A DNA stretch of 58,476 nt, from positions 1 to 58,476 of IMG/VR virus record IMGVR_UViG_3300025251_000014; one strand, 5' to 3'. The DNA comes from a virus (lineage: Duplodnaviria > Caudoviricetes). The notes beneath the pieces are model-generated. The model was given only the letters and a program-made list of their open reading frames with translations. It ran no database searches and was not told the origin of the DNA. Below are positions 34,253 to 44,683 of the stretch, one piece after another; the stretch's first letter is position 1; every line of letters starts with the position of its first letter. Position numbers and translations under genes: made by a program.

Positions 34253-35795
34253 TACTAGAAATGTATCACAAGCAGAAGAAGAACTCAAACTTGCAAGGGA
34301 GGACATTATAGCCTATGGTAAGTTATTTCTTCCAGATGATTTTATGCGCTCTGAAACGCCTTTCTTTCATTATCAGGTGGCAGATGTCGTTAATGACCTT
34401 TCAGTTAGACAACTTGCGGTCATACTACCCCGTGGCCATGGCAAGACTGTACTCACTAAGTGTAGCATACTGCATGATTTTTGCTTTACTACAGAACCAC
34501 TATTTTATGGTTGGGTCGCTGCATCTAGCAAGATTAGTGTTCCTAACTTAGACTATATAAAATATCACTTGGAATATAACGAAAAGTTGCGGTATTATTT
34601 CGGTGATTTAAAAGGGAGAAAATGGACAGAAGATGATATTGAACTTAAAAATGGTACCAAGCTTATTAGTAAGTCGAACTTGTCAGGGATACGAGGTGGC
34701 GCTAAACTACACAAGAGATACGATCTCATTGTGCTGGACGATTTTGAGGATGAGAATAATACCGTTACGCCTGAGTCTAGAGCTAAAATCTCGAACCTTG
34801 TTACGGCTGTTGTGTTTCCTGCTCTTGAACCTGGCACTGGTCGCCTTAGGATTAATGGTACTCCCGTTCACTTTGATAGCTTCATTAATAACATCCTGGT
34901 TAACCATGATAGGGCGAAATCTGAAGGCTCGGATTTCAGCTGGAAAGTGATTACACATAAAGCTATACAATCTGATGGACAACCTATATGGCCTGATTGG
35001 TTTGGCCATAAGGAGATGGAGAGAAAGAAGAAATTTTATACTGACTCTGGACAACCGCAGAAGTTCTATCAAGAGTATATGATGGAAGTTCAAAGTACTG
35101 AGGATGCAATCTTCACCAGAGATCATATTAAGTACTGGGAGGGAGATTTTATACATGAAAATGAAACAGGGATATCTTATATACATACAACAGATGGTGA
35201 CGTTAAGCCAGTCAATATTTTTACGGGTGTTGACCCCGCTACTGATTCTGCTCGTAGGGATAGTGACTTCAGCGTTCTACTTACTATTGGTGTGTGCCCT
35301 GATAATAATATATATGTGCTTAACTATGTACGCAAGCGCAGCTTGCCTGTTCTCGGGATACCAGGAGATCATAAAAAAGGAATCGTTGATCACATCTTTG
35401 AGCTTAATAACATCTATCACCCTTCCCTTTTTACAATCGAAGAGACTACGATGTCTAGGCCGATTTTTCAAGCGCTTATGGCAGAAATGCGTAGGCGTAA
35501 CGATTTCACGGTTAAGTACGCTGCTGAAAAACCAGGTAATAGAATGTCGAAGCGTGACAGGATACAAGAAATACTTGCGCAAAGATTTTCAGTGGGTGCG
35601 GTACACCTTAAGAAAGATATGTTTGACCTTCAAAGAGAAATTATAACTTTTGGTCCTAGAATGGGCCATGATGATACTATTGACGCTTTAGCTTATGCAT
35701 GTAAGTATGGCTATCCTTCTAAGGATCTTAGTCAAGATAAGAAGGGTAACTATTATAAGAAGAAACCACAAGCTAAGAATTGGGTCACAGCATAA
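34239..35795 (+). CDS. terL: Terminase large subunit
   Basis: Walker A PRGHGKT, Walker B LIVLDDFE, GT coupling motif, nuclease GVDPA, DFS, HDDTIDA. Confidence 0.97.
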   Translation: MANINTRNVSQAEEELKLAREDIIAYGKLFLPDDFMRSETPFFHYQVADVVNDLSVRQLAVILPRGHGKTVLTKCSILHDFCFTTEPLFYGWVAASSKISVPNLDYIKYHLEYNEKLRYYFGDLKGRKWTEDDIELKNGTKLISKSNLSGIRGGAKLHKRYDLIVLDDFEDENNTVTPESRAKISNLVTAVVFPALEPGTGRLRINGTPVHFDSFINNILVNHDRAKSEGSDFSWKVITHKAIQSDGQPIWPDWFGHKEMERKKKFYTDSGQPQKFYQEYMMEVQSTEDAIFTRDHIKYWEGDFIHENETGISYIHTTDGDVKPVNIFTGVDPATDSARRDSDFSVLLTIGVCPDNNIYVLNYVRKRSLPVLGIPGDHKKGIVDHIFELNNIYHPSLFTIEETTMSRPIFQALMAEMRRRNDFTVKYAAEKPGNRMSKRDRIQEILAQRFSVGAVHLKKDMFDLQREIITFGPRMGHDDTIDALAYACKYGYPSKDLSQDKKGNYYKKKPQAKNWVTA

Positions 35796-35805
35796 GGAAT
35801 AAAAA

Positions 35806-38103
35806 ATGGCAAAGAATAAAAAAGCAGATCAAGTAAGACAGTTATACAATATGTGTAGCAATACCACTAGAACTCAGTGGCAAAAGATTAACCAGATGGG
35901 TTATGAGTTTGCTCATGATGATCAAATTAGCCAGGCTGATAAAGCAAGCTTAGAAGAACAGGGTATGCCTACATTTACTATTAATAGGATACTGCCTGTA
36001 GTAGAGATGTTAAACTTCTATGCTACAGCCAATAACCCTAGATGGCAAGCTATAGGGGTAGAGGGAAGTGATTCTGCTGTTGCTGCTGTATATTCTGATC
36101 TATCTGACTATGTATGGCATAACTCAAATGGCGCTACTTTATATGCTAATGCTATTAATGACTGTATCACAAAGTCTATAGGTTATCTGTTAATATCAGT
36201 TAATCAAGATGCAGACAATGGCCTTGGAGAGGTTGTAGTTCAACAGCCTGAACCATTTGACATATTTATAGATCCTAAGAGTAGAGATATGCTATTTAGA
36301 GATGCTGCTTATATAATGGTAAGAAAGGTCCTACCTAAAAACCATCTTATCAAACTATTTCCTGATGCAAAAAGAAAGATAGCAAATGCTAGTAGCGATG
36401 ACCAGTGGAGTAGAACATATTCACAGAGGCCTACCAATGATGCAAGCCAAAAGCTATTCACCTATAATGATGACACAGATGGGGATGATGCTCTTACTGC
36501 TATAGGAGAGCAGGATGAGCTTATAGAGTTTTTTGAAGTGTATGAAAAGATTAAGATGCCATATATGAGTGTCTTCTATAGAATACCACCAAACCCTCAG
36601 CAACTTGAACAAATCAAGAAGCAGGTAGAAGTAAAGATGAAAGAAATGGCTGCTGAGATGCAAGTGGAATTGTTAGAGCAAGAAAAGAAGATGCAGGAAG
36701 CTGTACAAAAGGGTGAGATGATACCAGAGAGGTATGAACTTGAAATGAAGAAGGCTCAGGAAATGATGCAGCAGCAGTTACAATCTGCAGAGCAAGAATA
36801 CATGAGTGAGTTACAATCTGAAGCTTCCAAGATCGAGAATAAAATAGTTACAGAGAAAGAATATAAGATACTTATAAAAGATCCTCAGATACAGAAGAAT
36901 ATAGTAGATGCTGTTAGGTTCTTTAATGATAGAATAAAGCAGACTTGCGTTGCAGGCGATAAGCTATTGTATGAAAAGGTATTGCCAGATACTATAAAAG
37001 ACTATCCACTTATTCCATTTCACTATAAATGGACAGGCACTCCTTATCCAATGTCAGCTGTATCGCCACTTATTGGAAAGCAGAGAGAGATAAACAAATC
37101 CCATCAGATCATGGTACATAATGCTTCATTAGGATCAAGTTTAAGGTGGATGTATGAGGAAGGATCAATAGATGCAGAGGTCTGGGAGAAATACTCCTCG
37201 AGCCCAGGTGCTTTGCTGCCTGTAAGGCCTGGAGTAGAGCCGCCTACATCTGTTATACCAGCACCATTATCAAATGCTTTCTTCCAGGTTGTACAAGAGG
37301 GTAAGGCTGATATGGAATACTTAGCTGGTATTTATAGCTCTATGATGGGTGATAGCGCAAATGCAGGGGAAACATATAGAGGTATGTTGGCATTGGATGA
37401 ATATGGTACTAGACGTATTAAGCAATGGATGACTACATCTATAGAACCAGCTTTAAAGCAGACAGGTACAATTATTATGCAATATTCCCAGTCTACTTAT
37501 ACAGCTTATAAAAGATTTAGAATAGTACAGCCCAGCGCTCTACAGGAGCAAAAGGAACAAGAAATTAACATACCAATCTATAACGATATGGGTGAAGCTA
37601 TAGGTAAGTCTATGGATGTAGAAGCAGCCAAGTTTGATGTTAGAGTTATACAAGGGTCTACAATGCCAGTTAATAGATGGGCATACCTAGAAGAGCTTAA
37701 ATCATTACTGCAAATGGGCGTAGTAGATGATATAGCTGTGTTAGCAGAAACCGATATAAAGAACAAGGAGAACATTGCGAAAAGAAAATCTCTGTACTCA
37801 CAACTGCAAGGACAAATACAACAACTATCCGAAAATCTTGAAGATAAAGAGGGCACTATTGAGACACTTGAACGTCAATTGGTCCAAGCGGGTATTAAAA
37901 ACAAAGTCATGCAGGCAAGTGTTGAGATAAACAAAGAAAAGGAAGCAGTGAAATCTCAGATAGATAAAGAGTATGTAGAAACAGAGGGAAAACAGAAGCT
38001 ACTACGTAATGTTATGTCTAACAATGTTGATGCTCAGCAACAAAAAGCAGCAAATATGTTAGAAAGTGTAAAAAATAACTTGCAAGCTAATAATAAAGAG
38101 TAG
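35806..38103 (+). CDS. Portal protein (P22-like)
   Basis: Follows terL; DQ...L..QG.P.FTINRI.P, IFIDP, QREINK motifs; C-terminal coiled-coil barrel. Confidence 0.92.
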   Translation: MAKNKKADQVRQLYNMCSNTTRTQWQKINQMGYEFAHDDQISQADKASLEEQGMPTFTINRILPVVEMLNFYATANNPRWQAIGVEGSDSAVAAVYSDLSDYVWHNSNGATLYANAINDCITKSIGYLLISVNQDADNGLGEVVVQQPEPFDIFIDPKSRDMLFRDAAYIMVRKVLPKNHLIKLFPDAKRKIANASSDDQWSRTYSQRPTNDASQKLFTYNDDTDGDDALTAIGEQDELIEFFEVYEKIKMPYMSVFYRIPPNPQQLEQIKKQVEVKMKEMAAEMQVELLEQEKKMQEAVQKGEMIPERYELEMKKAQEMMQQQLQSAEQEYMSELQSEASKIENKIVTEKEYKILIKDPQIQKNIVDAVRFFNDRIKQTCVAGDKLLYEKVLPDTIKDYPLIPFHYKWTGTPYPMSAVSPLIGKQREINKSHQIMVHNASLGSSLRWMYEEGSIDAEVWEKYSSSPGALLPVRPGVEPPTSVIPAPLSNAFFQVVQEGKADMEYLAGIYSSMMGDSANAGETYRGMLALDEYGTRRIKQWMTTSIEPALKQTGTIIMQYSQSTYTAYKRFRIVQPSALQEQKEQEINIPIYNDMGEAIGKSMDVEAAKFDVRVIQGSTMPVNRWAYLEELKSLLQMGVVDDIAVLAETDIKNKENIAKRKSLYSQLQGQIQQLSENLEDKEGTIETLERQLVQAGIKNKVMQASVEINKEKEAVKSQIDKEYVETEGKQKLLRNVMSNNVDAQQQKAANMLESVKNNLQANNKE

Positions 38104-38109
38104 TAACTT
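38080..38109 (+). promoter_or_regulatory. AACTTGCA-type putative promoter for scaffold and capsid
   Basis: TTGCAA-18-TAACTT upstream of the AAGGAG RBS of 38143. Confidence 0.45.
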
Positions 38110-38142
38110 ACACAGAATTTTATTAACCATAAAGGAGAAATA

Positions 38143-39045
38143 ATGGCAGAAGATAATAAAGGTAACTCCGAAATAGGGATGCAAGAAGACTCTTTTGAGT
38201 CAGCAGAAGGTGCATCCAATACGGACTCCTCAGCATTCTTCGACCAACTCGAACACGAGGTAAATGGTGGAATAATCGAACACACTGAGGCAACCCAAAG
38301 TCAATCAAGTGGCTCCGAACAGGTAACCCACACAACACAGGACGATGGCTCCAATAACGTGAACCAGTCAGCCGACAGCACAGACTGGAAAAAACGCTAC
38401 GAAGATAGTAGCAGAGAAGCTGTCCGCTTATCAGATCAGTATCGAGAGGTTGAACCTTTCGTACCTGTTTTGCAAGCGATGAAAAATGATAGTGGATTAG
38501 TAGAACATGTTAAAGACTATTTGGTCAATGGCGGTAAGCCAGATAAGACTATTCAAGAACAGTTAAATCTTGATGAAGACTTTATCTTTGATCAACAAGA
38601 GGCTATAACAGATCCTCAATCTGATAGTGCAAAACTTTATAATGCACACATCGATAAAGTGGTCCAAGGTAGAGTGGGTCAAGTACTCCAAGCTGAAAAG
38701 CAAAGAGCGCAACAGATCCAAGCTACTAGAAACCGTGCTATTGAAGAGCAAGCATTTAAGAAAGAGCATAACTTGTCAGATGCAGACTTTGAAGATTTCA
38801 AGGCTCGAGCTCAACAGCATACCATGTCGCTTAATGACGTGAACTTCCTGTTGAACCGAGACAGAAACAACGAAAATGTTGCGAACTCTACAAAGAAGGA
38901 TATGTTAAACCAAATGAAAAATGTCAGGAATATGCCTACATCCGCATCAGGAGCAAACAGTCAAGGCGCACAGAGATCACAGTCAGATGAAATATTTGAT
39001 GCGATAAGCGGCTTTGATGAAAGTGTTGATAACCTGTTTGGATAG
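38143..39045 (+). CDS. Capsid scaffolding protein
   Basis: Acidic N-terminus, DWKKRYEDS coiled coil, position between portal and major capsid protein. Confidence 0.8.
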   Translation: MAEDNKGNSEIGMQEDSFESAEGASNTDSSAFFDQLEHEVNGGIIEHTEATQSQSSGSEQVTHTTQDDGSNNVNQSADSTDWKKRYEDSSREAVRLSDQYREVEPFVPVLQAMKNDSGLVEHVKDYLVNGGKPDKTIQEQLNLDEDFIFDQQEAITDPQSDSAKLYNAHIDKVVQGRVGQVLQAEKQRAQQIQATRNRAIEEQAFKKEHNLSDADFEDFKARAQQHTMSLNDVNFLLNRDRNNENVANSTKKDMLNQMKNVRNMPTSASGANSQGAQRSQSDEIFDAISGFDESVDNLFG

Positions 39046-39096
39046 ACTTATATAGGTTTATTTGCTCTATCTAAGCATTAAATAGGAGATAGACAA

Positions 39097-40605
39097 ATGT
39101 CTGATATTCTAAATGTAACTGGAGACAGTTACATTAATGAGCCAACAGAAGCATACGGTCCGGATACGGCCACTGGCGCGCTTCGGAGACAATACAACTT
39201 CGGTAGTAAAGTCTCTGAACTCTCGCTATCACAAGATCCGTTCTTCCGCTTTGTTTCTATGGTGGCCAAAAAACCAACAGATGATCCGACTTTCAAGTTT
39301 ACTGAAAGACGTGAATCATATTTAAGACGCTATGTATATGTTAATTTACATGGTGATGGAGACTCCACAACAGATAGCGAGGCTGGTGGTAATAGCAATA
39401 CTGGTATAGCAATTGCTACAGATGATGATGCTGATGGCGATAATATTTATATCGAAGTCGGTACAGATTGGCTATACGAAGGTAATAAGAGAAAGGCTTA
39501 CGGGCAAACTGCTACCGCTATTGGCGCTAGTGGAACTGCACCTAAGTTCTTATTTCCTGGACAGCTACTTAAAGTACCTGTCTGCAGTGCAGAAAATGCA
39601 TCTAATGATCAATCGACAAATGACTATATGATTGTCAAGATTGATGAATTGATGAAAGGAGCTGCAACTAACTACCAAAAGCTACAGTGTAGTGTAGTTA
39701 AGGGTGTTACTGCTGGCTCATTCTTTATGGGTATGCCAGATGCTGCCCTTCTTAAAGGATCTGCTGAAGCTCTTGAACCGTATAGATGCTATGTATCTGG
39801 TACCGCATTTGCTGCTGGTACTGGGTATCCAGAGACCTGGCAAGATCAGCCATTCTCAGTCGCATCAGGCCAGACTCAAATCTGGAAAACCTCATGCGTA
39901 ATGAATAATACTGATCGTGCTACTGTACTAAAGTATGAAGGTAATGAATGGGCTCGTATCTGGAAGCAGAAACTTATCGAGCATAAATGGGATATCGAAA
40001 ATAGTTTGTTATTCGGAACCCAGAATGCTACCTATGGTACTACTCAAGGTGCTGTAGACTTCATTACACAGTATGGTAATGTCTTTGATCTTTCTAATCT
40101 GACAACCAAAACTCAAGATAGCTTTCTTGATGACATGTCAGCCTTGTTAGATCCACGATATAATAATGCTAAGTCAACTATCTTCTTCTGCTCTACAGAA
40201 GTTTATAACTGGCTACATAAGTTATCTGGATACTTTTCTAACAATATTGCTAATGTCTACCCAGGAGATGGGCCAACTACAACCTCTTTAGGGCGTGCTG
40301 ACTTTAGCACATCAGGTAAGAAGAAAGTGTTTGGTGTTGACATTACGACTATATCTACAGTATATGGAGATATGAACATTGCACGAAATGTGCATCTTGA
40401 TGGTACCAAAGTGAAAATCATTGGTATCAACATGAAATATTGTTCTTATCGCCCTCTTGTAGGTAATGGTTTAAATCGTGATACTGGAATCTACGTAGGA
40501 GTTCAGACTTTACAGAACTCAGGTGTCGACCGTAGAGTGGATCAAATCTTAACCGAAGCTGGAATGGAATGGAGTTGTCCTGAAACTCATTCTATCTGGT
40601 CATAA
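39097..40605 (+). CDS. Major capsid protein (HK97 fold, SU10/DUF5309-like)
   Basis: DPFF, F.F.E.R, TQIWKT, EHKWDIENSLLFG, ILTEAGME motifs; follows the scaffold gene. Confidence 0.9.
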   Translation: MSDILNVTGDSYINEPTEAYGPDTATGALRRQYNFGSKVSELSLSQDPFFRFVSMVAKKPTDDPTFKFTERRESYLRRYVYVNLHGDGDSTTDSEAGGNSNTGIAIATDDDADGDNIYIEVGTDWLYEGNKRKAYGQTATAIGASGTAPKFLFPGQLLKVPVCSAENASNDQSTNDYMIVKIDELMKGAATNYQKLQCSVVKGVTAGSFFMGMPDAALLKGSAEALEPYRCYVSGTAFAAGTGYPETWQDQPFSVASGQTQIWKTSCVMNNTDRATVLKYEGNEWARIWKQKLIEHKWDIENSLLFGTQNATYGTTQGAVDFITQYGNVFDLSNLTTKTQDSFLDDMSALLDPRYNNAKSTIFFCSTEVYNWLHKLSGYFSNNIANVYPGDGPTTTSLGRADFSTSGKKKVFGVDITTISTVYGDMNIARNVHLDGTKVKIIGINMKYCSYRPLVGNGLNRDTGIYVGVQTLQNSGVDRRVDQILTEAGMEWSCPETHSIWS

Positions 40606-40616
40606 GGAGGTATATT

Positions 40617-40811
40617 ATGGCAAATCCATTATATGGACAAAATAAGGCAGATGGCTTTCTTGATACTTTAGCAGATGCTGATGATAAAGTCGCAGCTGCT
40701 GGTACAGGTGGTACTGCTGCAGGTAATGCTGCTGGTGTGGCTACTAAAGTAATTCCAATCACTATAGCTGGTGTGGAATACTTTTTAGCATTGTATCCAG
40801 ACAATGATTAA
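40617..40811 (+). CDS. Small capsid-associated/decoration protein
   Basis: MANPLYGQNKAD N-terminus; AAGGAGG RBS directly after the capsid gene. Confidence 0.6.
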   Translation: MANPLYGQNKADGFLDTLADADDKVAAAGTGGTAAGNAAGVATKVIPITIAGVEYFLALYPDND

Positions 40812-40828
40812 TCTGTTAAACTAGAATG

Positions 40829-40876
40829 GGCCTGCTCCTCCCCTGGGAAGATTTCTCTCCCCAGGGGGGGTAGGCC
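40829..40876 (+). terminator. Strong GC-rich hairpin after the capsid genes (terminator or mRNA stabiliser)
   Basis: GGCCTGCTCCTCCCCTGGG / CCCAGGGGGGGTAGGCC with G-U pairs on the plus strand; no U-tract. Confidence 0.5.
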
Positions 40877-40893
40877 ACCTTAGATAGGAAGAT

Positions 40894-42528
40894 ATGGCAA
40901 CCTTTACAGATCAAGTAAAAGCAATCACTTCACTAACTGATGCTACAAACTTTGGTACATACTTAACGGATGGATTAAAAGATGTAGTCAACAGAGTTAT
41001 ACAGCTTAGACCTGAAAAGGCTGGGCTTTTTGCAGTTAGTACAACATTAGAGGATGGGAATGGAGCCGATCTAGGAGGTGGCTCAGTTCTTAATGTGGTT
41101 AGGGAGAATGGTACTGCTGGTACAGACTATTTAAAGCTTACAGAAGTAACAAGTTCTAATACTAACGATAACTTTACCTATACAGCACATGGCTTAAGTG
41201 ATGGAGATACAGTAAGGTTGAGTGGCTTTACAGGGTCAACTGGGGTGAATGGTATTACAGGTAAGGTAGAAAATAAAACTAATGATACCTTTGAGGTGGC
41301 AAATGTTGTAGTTGATGTTGATGGTACAGATGGAATTGTGGAAAGACTCTCTGTTGACAATTGGGTAACAGCCCAAAGAATTTCCCCAGAAGAGAGGTTC
41401 TTATCTAATGACTCTACCAGTTTATACTATAGATCCAAGTATCATCCAGCCTTTTGGGAACTAGATGGTAAGACATATATACATCCAACACCTGGCTCTA
41501 GTGGTGATAGAGCTTCTATACATCATATTAAATATTCAACTGTAGCTGGAAGTGAAGATACAGGTGAGATAGTTGGCTTTCCTGATAGCTTTGAACATCT
41601 TATGGTCCTTTATGCAGGCTCACAAGCACTATTAGAATACTTAGGAGACTTAGAGGACTCATTGCCTGCAGCTCTTGCGCTCCCAGCAACGCCGATATCC
41701 CCTGTATTAAGTGATTCTTCTATTAGCTTTACAGAAACTACTACATATACCGCTCCAGTCATTTCATTGCCAACATTTCCATCTTTAACATGGAACATGC
41801 CTACTGCGCCTGTGACACCAGCACTTGCCGATGCCAGTATTGATGCTTTAGGAACAGCACCTATATATACAGCTCCTGTAATTTCTCCTGATTTTGCAGA
41901 GATACAAACATGGATAGATGATGATGATCCAGAGTTAGCACAATCTGCACAAGGAAAGGTAACCTTGGAGATAAATAAGTATCAAGCAGATATACAGAGT
42001 GCTCTTAACGATTTTAACGAGCTTAATACAGAATATCAAGCAGATATGCAAGTTAAGACACAAGAGGCTCAACTACTATCTAAAGATGATGACCAGAAGA
42101 TACAGAAATATGGGGCAGAGTTACAAGAATATACAGCTAGTATAACAAAATTAGTACAAGAAAACCAAAGCAAGGTAGCAGAATGGCAAACAGAGTCAAG
42201 TGTAATAGTTCAGAAATATGGAGCTGAACTAACCAATAGTGTGAATGAGTTTAATAAGACACAGGTAGAGTACCAAGGTGAGCTACAGAAAGCTATACAA
42301 GAAGCTCAACTTATCTCCGCTGATGATGCTCAAAAGATACAGAAATATGGTGGAGAGGTACAGGATTATTCAGCCAATGTACAGGCGGTTGTAGCAGAGT
42401 TTAATTCTGCAGTACAAAAAGAAGGTACAAAATATCAATGGGCCCATGGGAGATATGTAGCTTTAAGACAACAATATAATGATGCTTTCGGACTATTAGC
42501 TCCGCCTAAGCAAAAAGGAGATAAATAA
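40894..42528 (+). CDS. Head-tail adaptor-like virion protein with an inserted FCCH-like beta domain and a coiled-coil repeat tail
   Basis: YL.DG.KDV, Y.HP.P and FP..FEHL.VLYA adaptor-like motifs; HGLSDGDTVRL insert; Q..QKY..E repeats. Confidence 0.6.
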   Translation: MATFTDQVKAITSLTDATNFGTYLTDGLKDVVNRVIQLRPEKAGLFAVSTTLEDGNGADLGGGSVLNVVRENGTAGTDYLKLTEVTSSNTNDNFTYTAHGLSDGDTVRLSGFTGSTGVNGITGKVENKTNDTFEVANVVVDVDGTDGIVERLSVDNWVTAQRISPEERFLSNDSTSLYYRSKYHPAFWELDGKTYIHPTPGSSGDRASIHHIKYSTVAGSEDTGEIVGFPDSFEHLMVLYAGSQALLEYLGDLEDSLPAALALPATPISPVLSDSSISFTETTTYTAPVISLPTFPSLTWNMPTAPVTPALADASIDALGTAPIYTAPVISPDFAEIQTWIDDDDPELAQSAQGKVTLEINKYQADIQSALNDFNELNTEYQADMQVKTQEAQLLSKDDDQKIQKYGAELQEYTASITKLVQENQSKVAEWQTESSVIVQKYGAELTNSVNEFNKTQVEYQGELQKAIQEAQLISADDAQKIQKYGGEVQDYSANVQAVVAEFNSAVQKEGTKYQWAHGRYVALRQQYNDAFGLLAPPKQKGDK

Positions 42529-43088
42529 TGGCCGATCATATAAAGTATGCAGTATCAGTGGATGTAGTCGATCAATATACCCAACCTAGCATAGATTACA
42601 CATCTGATGAGAATAATAATGCAGGCACTGTATCGGCAAATACAGAGTTATTTAGACATTATAGCGCGGTAGGTGGTACTATTGGGGCATCTGTTACAGC
42701 AATTAGTAATGCTACTGGAGGGATTGAAATATCTGGGACCGTAAATGGATATAGTGCAGGAGCACCAACTTATACAGCATTGGATACATCAGCTACTAAA
42801 GTATCTATAGGGGCTGATGACACCCCATATGCTGGCATATTTATAAAACATTCAGGGTTTACTGATGGGAACTTTGATACACGCTCATATGAATGGGTGT
42901 CAGTATGGATAGAATATACCTCTGGTAATTATGCATTGTTTTGCTCTATACCATCAGGTGGATGTATATTTTTACCAAATACCCCTGCTATTGGGGCTGG
43001 CTGTTCATTCCATGTATCAGCATCAAGCGATAAAGTAGGAACGGCATCAGCAGCCACGATTCACTCACAATTAGTAACTATAACATAA
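42528..43088 (+). CDS. Virion structural protein (beta-rich)
   Basis: ORF track; structural-module position. Confidence 0.55.
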   Translation: MADHIKYAVSVDVVDQYTQPSIDYTSDENNNAGTVSANTELFRHYSAVGGTIGASVTAISNATGGIEISGTVNGYSAGAPTYTALDTSATKVSIGADDTPYAGIFIKHSGFTDGNFDTRSYEWVSVWIEYTSGNYALFCSIPSGGCIFLPNTPAIGAGCSFHVSASSDKVGTASAATIHSQLVTIT

Positions 43089-43104
43089 TAAACAGGAGAG
43101 ACCG

Positions 43105-43305
43105 ATGAGTAACGATGAAGTAAAACTGGAAGATGTTGCAGAACCTGCAACAGACTTTCAAGGCAAGACAAATGAAGAGCTCTTAGAGATAAGAGATACC
43201 TTAGCACAGCAACTTCAACAGTATCAAACTATGGCTATAAAAGCTTCTGGCGCTCTAGAAGTGTTAGGCCAATTAGTAGTAGAACGGGAAGAAGATGACA
43301 GTTAA
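43105..43305 (+). CDS. Small coiled-coil protein
   Basis: ORF track; AGGAG RBS. Confidence 0.6.
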   Translation: MSNDEVKLEDVAEPATDFQGKTNEELLEIRDTLAQQLQQYQTMAIKASGALEVLGQLVVEREEDDS

Positions 43306-43576
43306 GGAGATTATGGAAAGGGCAGGTACGACTCAAACGGGTCGTGCCTTAGCCTATATTAATGACGCTCTAGATGAGATGGCTATATCTTCAGAGACAC
43401 ATGTCAAAACTGATAAGATCAATATCACTAAAGATCAAAGATTCTATACCCTACCTAGTGATCTCACTAAGCTTATGGATATAAGAGTCAAAGATCATAA
43501 CAATGAAGATGGCAAGTATAGATCTGTACCTAGGTCTATTTATAAGCCTGTATTGGTAGACGAAGATGGCAGCTAA
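43295..43576 (+). CDS. Adaptor-like protein, N-terminal half
   Basis: TVKEI...YINDAL..........QRFYTLPSD pattern of podovirus adaptor proteins. Confidence 0.6.
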   Translation: MTVKEIMERAGTTQTGRALAYINDALDEMAISSETHVKTDKINITKDQRFYTLPSDLTKLMDIRVKDHNNEDGKYRSVPRSIYKPVLVDEDGS

Positions 43577-43937
43577 AACATATGCATATTATATAGAAGG
43601 TAACAAACTTGCTATAATACAGAAGGATTCTACATCATCTACAGTAGATAATGAGTACAATATGTACAAGAGTCCTACAGAGTCTGTTACAGATGGTATA
43701 GAAGTTCAGTATTCATATACTCCTACAGCCCCTACAGATGAAGGCTCATCTTTAGATATTACAAGGTATCAGGCAAATGCTATAGTTTACTATGTGAAGG
43801 CAAAGCTTGCAGAGGATTCAGGTGATATGGAACAGAGGGAGTATTTTTTAAGAGAGTTTAAACGACAACTAGAAAAGGGGAGTTCTGCTTTAAAAGGTGG
43901 AATCCACATAGTACAAGGATTAAAGGAGCTTAGATAA
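43566..43937 (+). CDS. Adaptor-like protein, C-terminal half
   Basis: YYIEGNKL...V.Y...P...AIVYYV.AK...Y..EF pattern completing the adaptor fold. Confidence 0.6.
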   Translation: MAAKTYAYYIEGNKLAIIQKDSTSSTVDNEYNMYKSPTESVTDGIEVQYSYTPTAPTDEGSSLDITRYQANAIVYYVKAKLAEDSGDMEQREYFLREFKRQLEKGSSALKGGIHIVQGLKELR

Positions 43938-44356
43938 TGGCAGATTTAAAGAAGTATACCGTAGATGAGGTATTGGGCAAGATATTCAACGATGGTAGTG
44001 GTACCACTAATATACGTGGGAAGACTACTGGAGAGATGCTTAGTGCTGCATTAGATGATACTAATAACAGGCTTAATATAGACTTGCAAGGTGGAACTAT
44101 TACTGGAGATGTAGCAATTGTAGCTGGAAATGGAGAGAGTGGAGACTTGACAGTAGCAGGCTCTGTCGGTATAAATGAGGTTGCCCCAGATTATAAACTT
44201 GATGTTAATGGATCGTTTGGCTTTAACCCTGGTGCATCTGTTACTCCTGTAGACAATGGGGATATCGTTATTGAAGCTACAGATAATACAACTTTAACAT
44301 TTAAACTGAAGGGATCTGATGGTACTGTAAGGACTGGTACTATTACATTAGCATAA
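43937..44356 (+). CDS. Short tail-fibre-like structural protein
   Basis: GSVGINEVAPDYKLDVNG fibre repeat. Confidence 0.6.
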   Translation: MADLKKYTVDEVLGKIFNDGSGTTNIRGKTTGEMLSAALDDTNNRLNIDLQGGTITGDVAIVAGNGESGDLTVAGSVGINEVAPDYKLDVNGSFGFNPGASVTPVDNGDIVIEATDNTTLTFKLKGSDGTVRTGTITLA

Positions 44357-44395
44357 TGTGTATATTTAGACAGAATAAAACATTGGAGAGTTAAC

Positions 44396-44683
44396 ATGAT
44401 ATCATTACTGGAAGCATTCAATGGTAGTATAGATACAAATAGGCTAGGACCTTCACAGAGGCCCAAAACACCCCCTAGAAGCTCGTCAAGTGGATTTTCC
44501 GATATGAAGTTCACTCACGCACTAATAAAGCATTTAGACAAGCTTTACGGACGTATTTTGGGAGATGAGCTCTCAGAAGTAGTCAATCAAGCAGATATTG
44601 TAGGAGATATAAACGGCATACCATTAGTTCGTAAGAACTCATACTATAATCCTGGGCATAGCAGTGTAACAGAGAGCGCGTAA
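44396..44683 (+). CDS. Hypothetical protein, 95 aa
   Basis: ORF track; GGAG RBS; TAATG coupling. Confidence 0.55.
   Translation: MISLLEAFNGSIDTNRLGPSQRPKTPPRSSSSGFSDMKFTHALIKHLDKLYGRILGDELSEVVNQADIVGDINGIPLVRKNSYYNPGHSSVTESA

Noticed and set aside
41180-41300. E1 FCCH-like domain (HGLSDGDTVRL) in the adaptor protein as part of the ubiquitin system
   Set aside because: This small beta domain is a common insert in phage structural proteins, has no catalytic role and lies in the virion module; likely coincidental.
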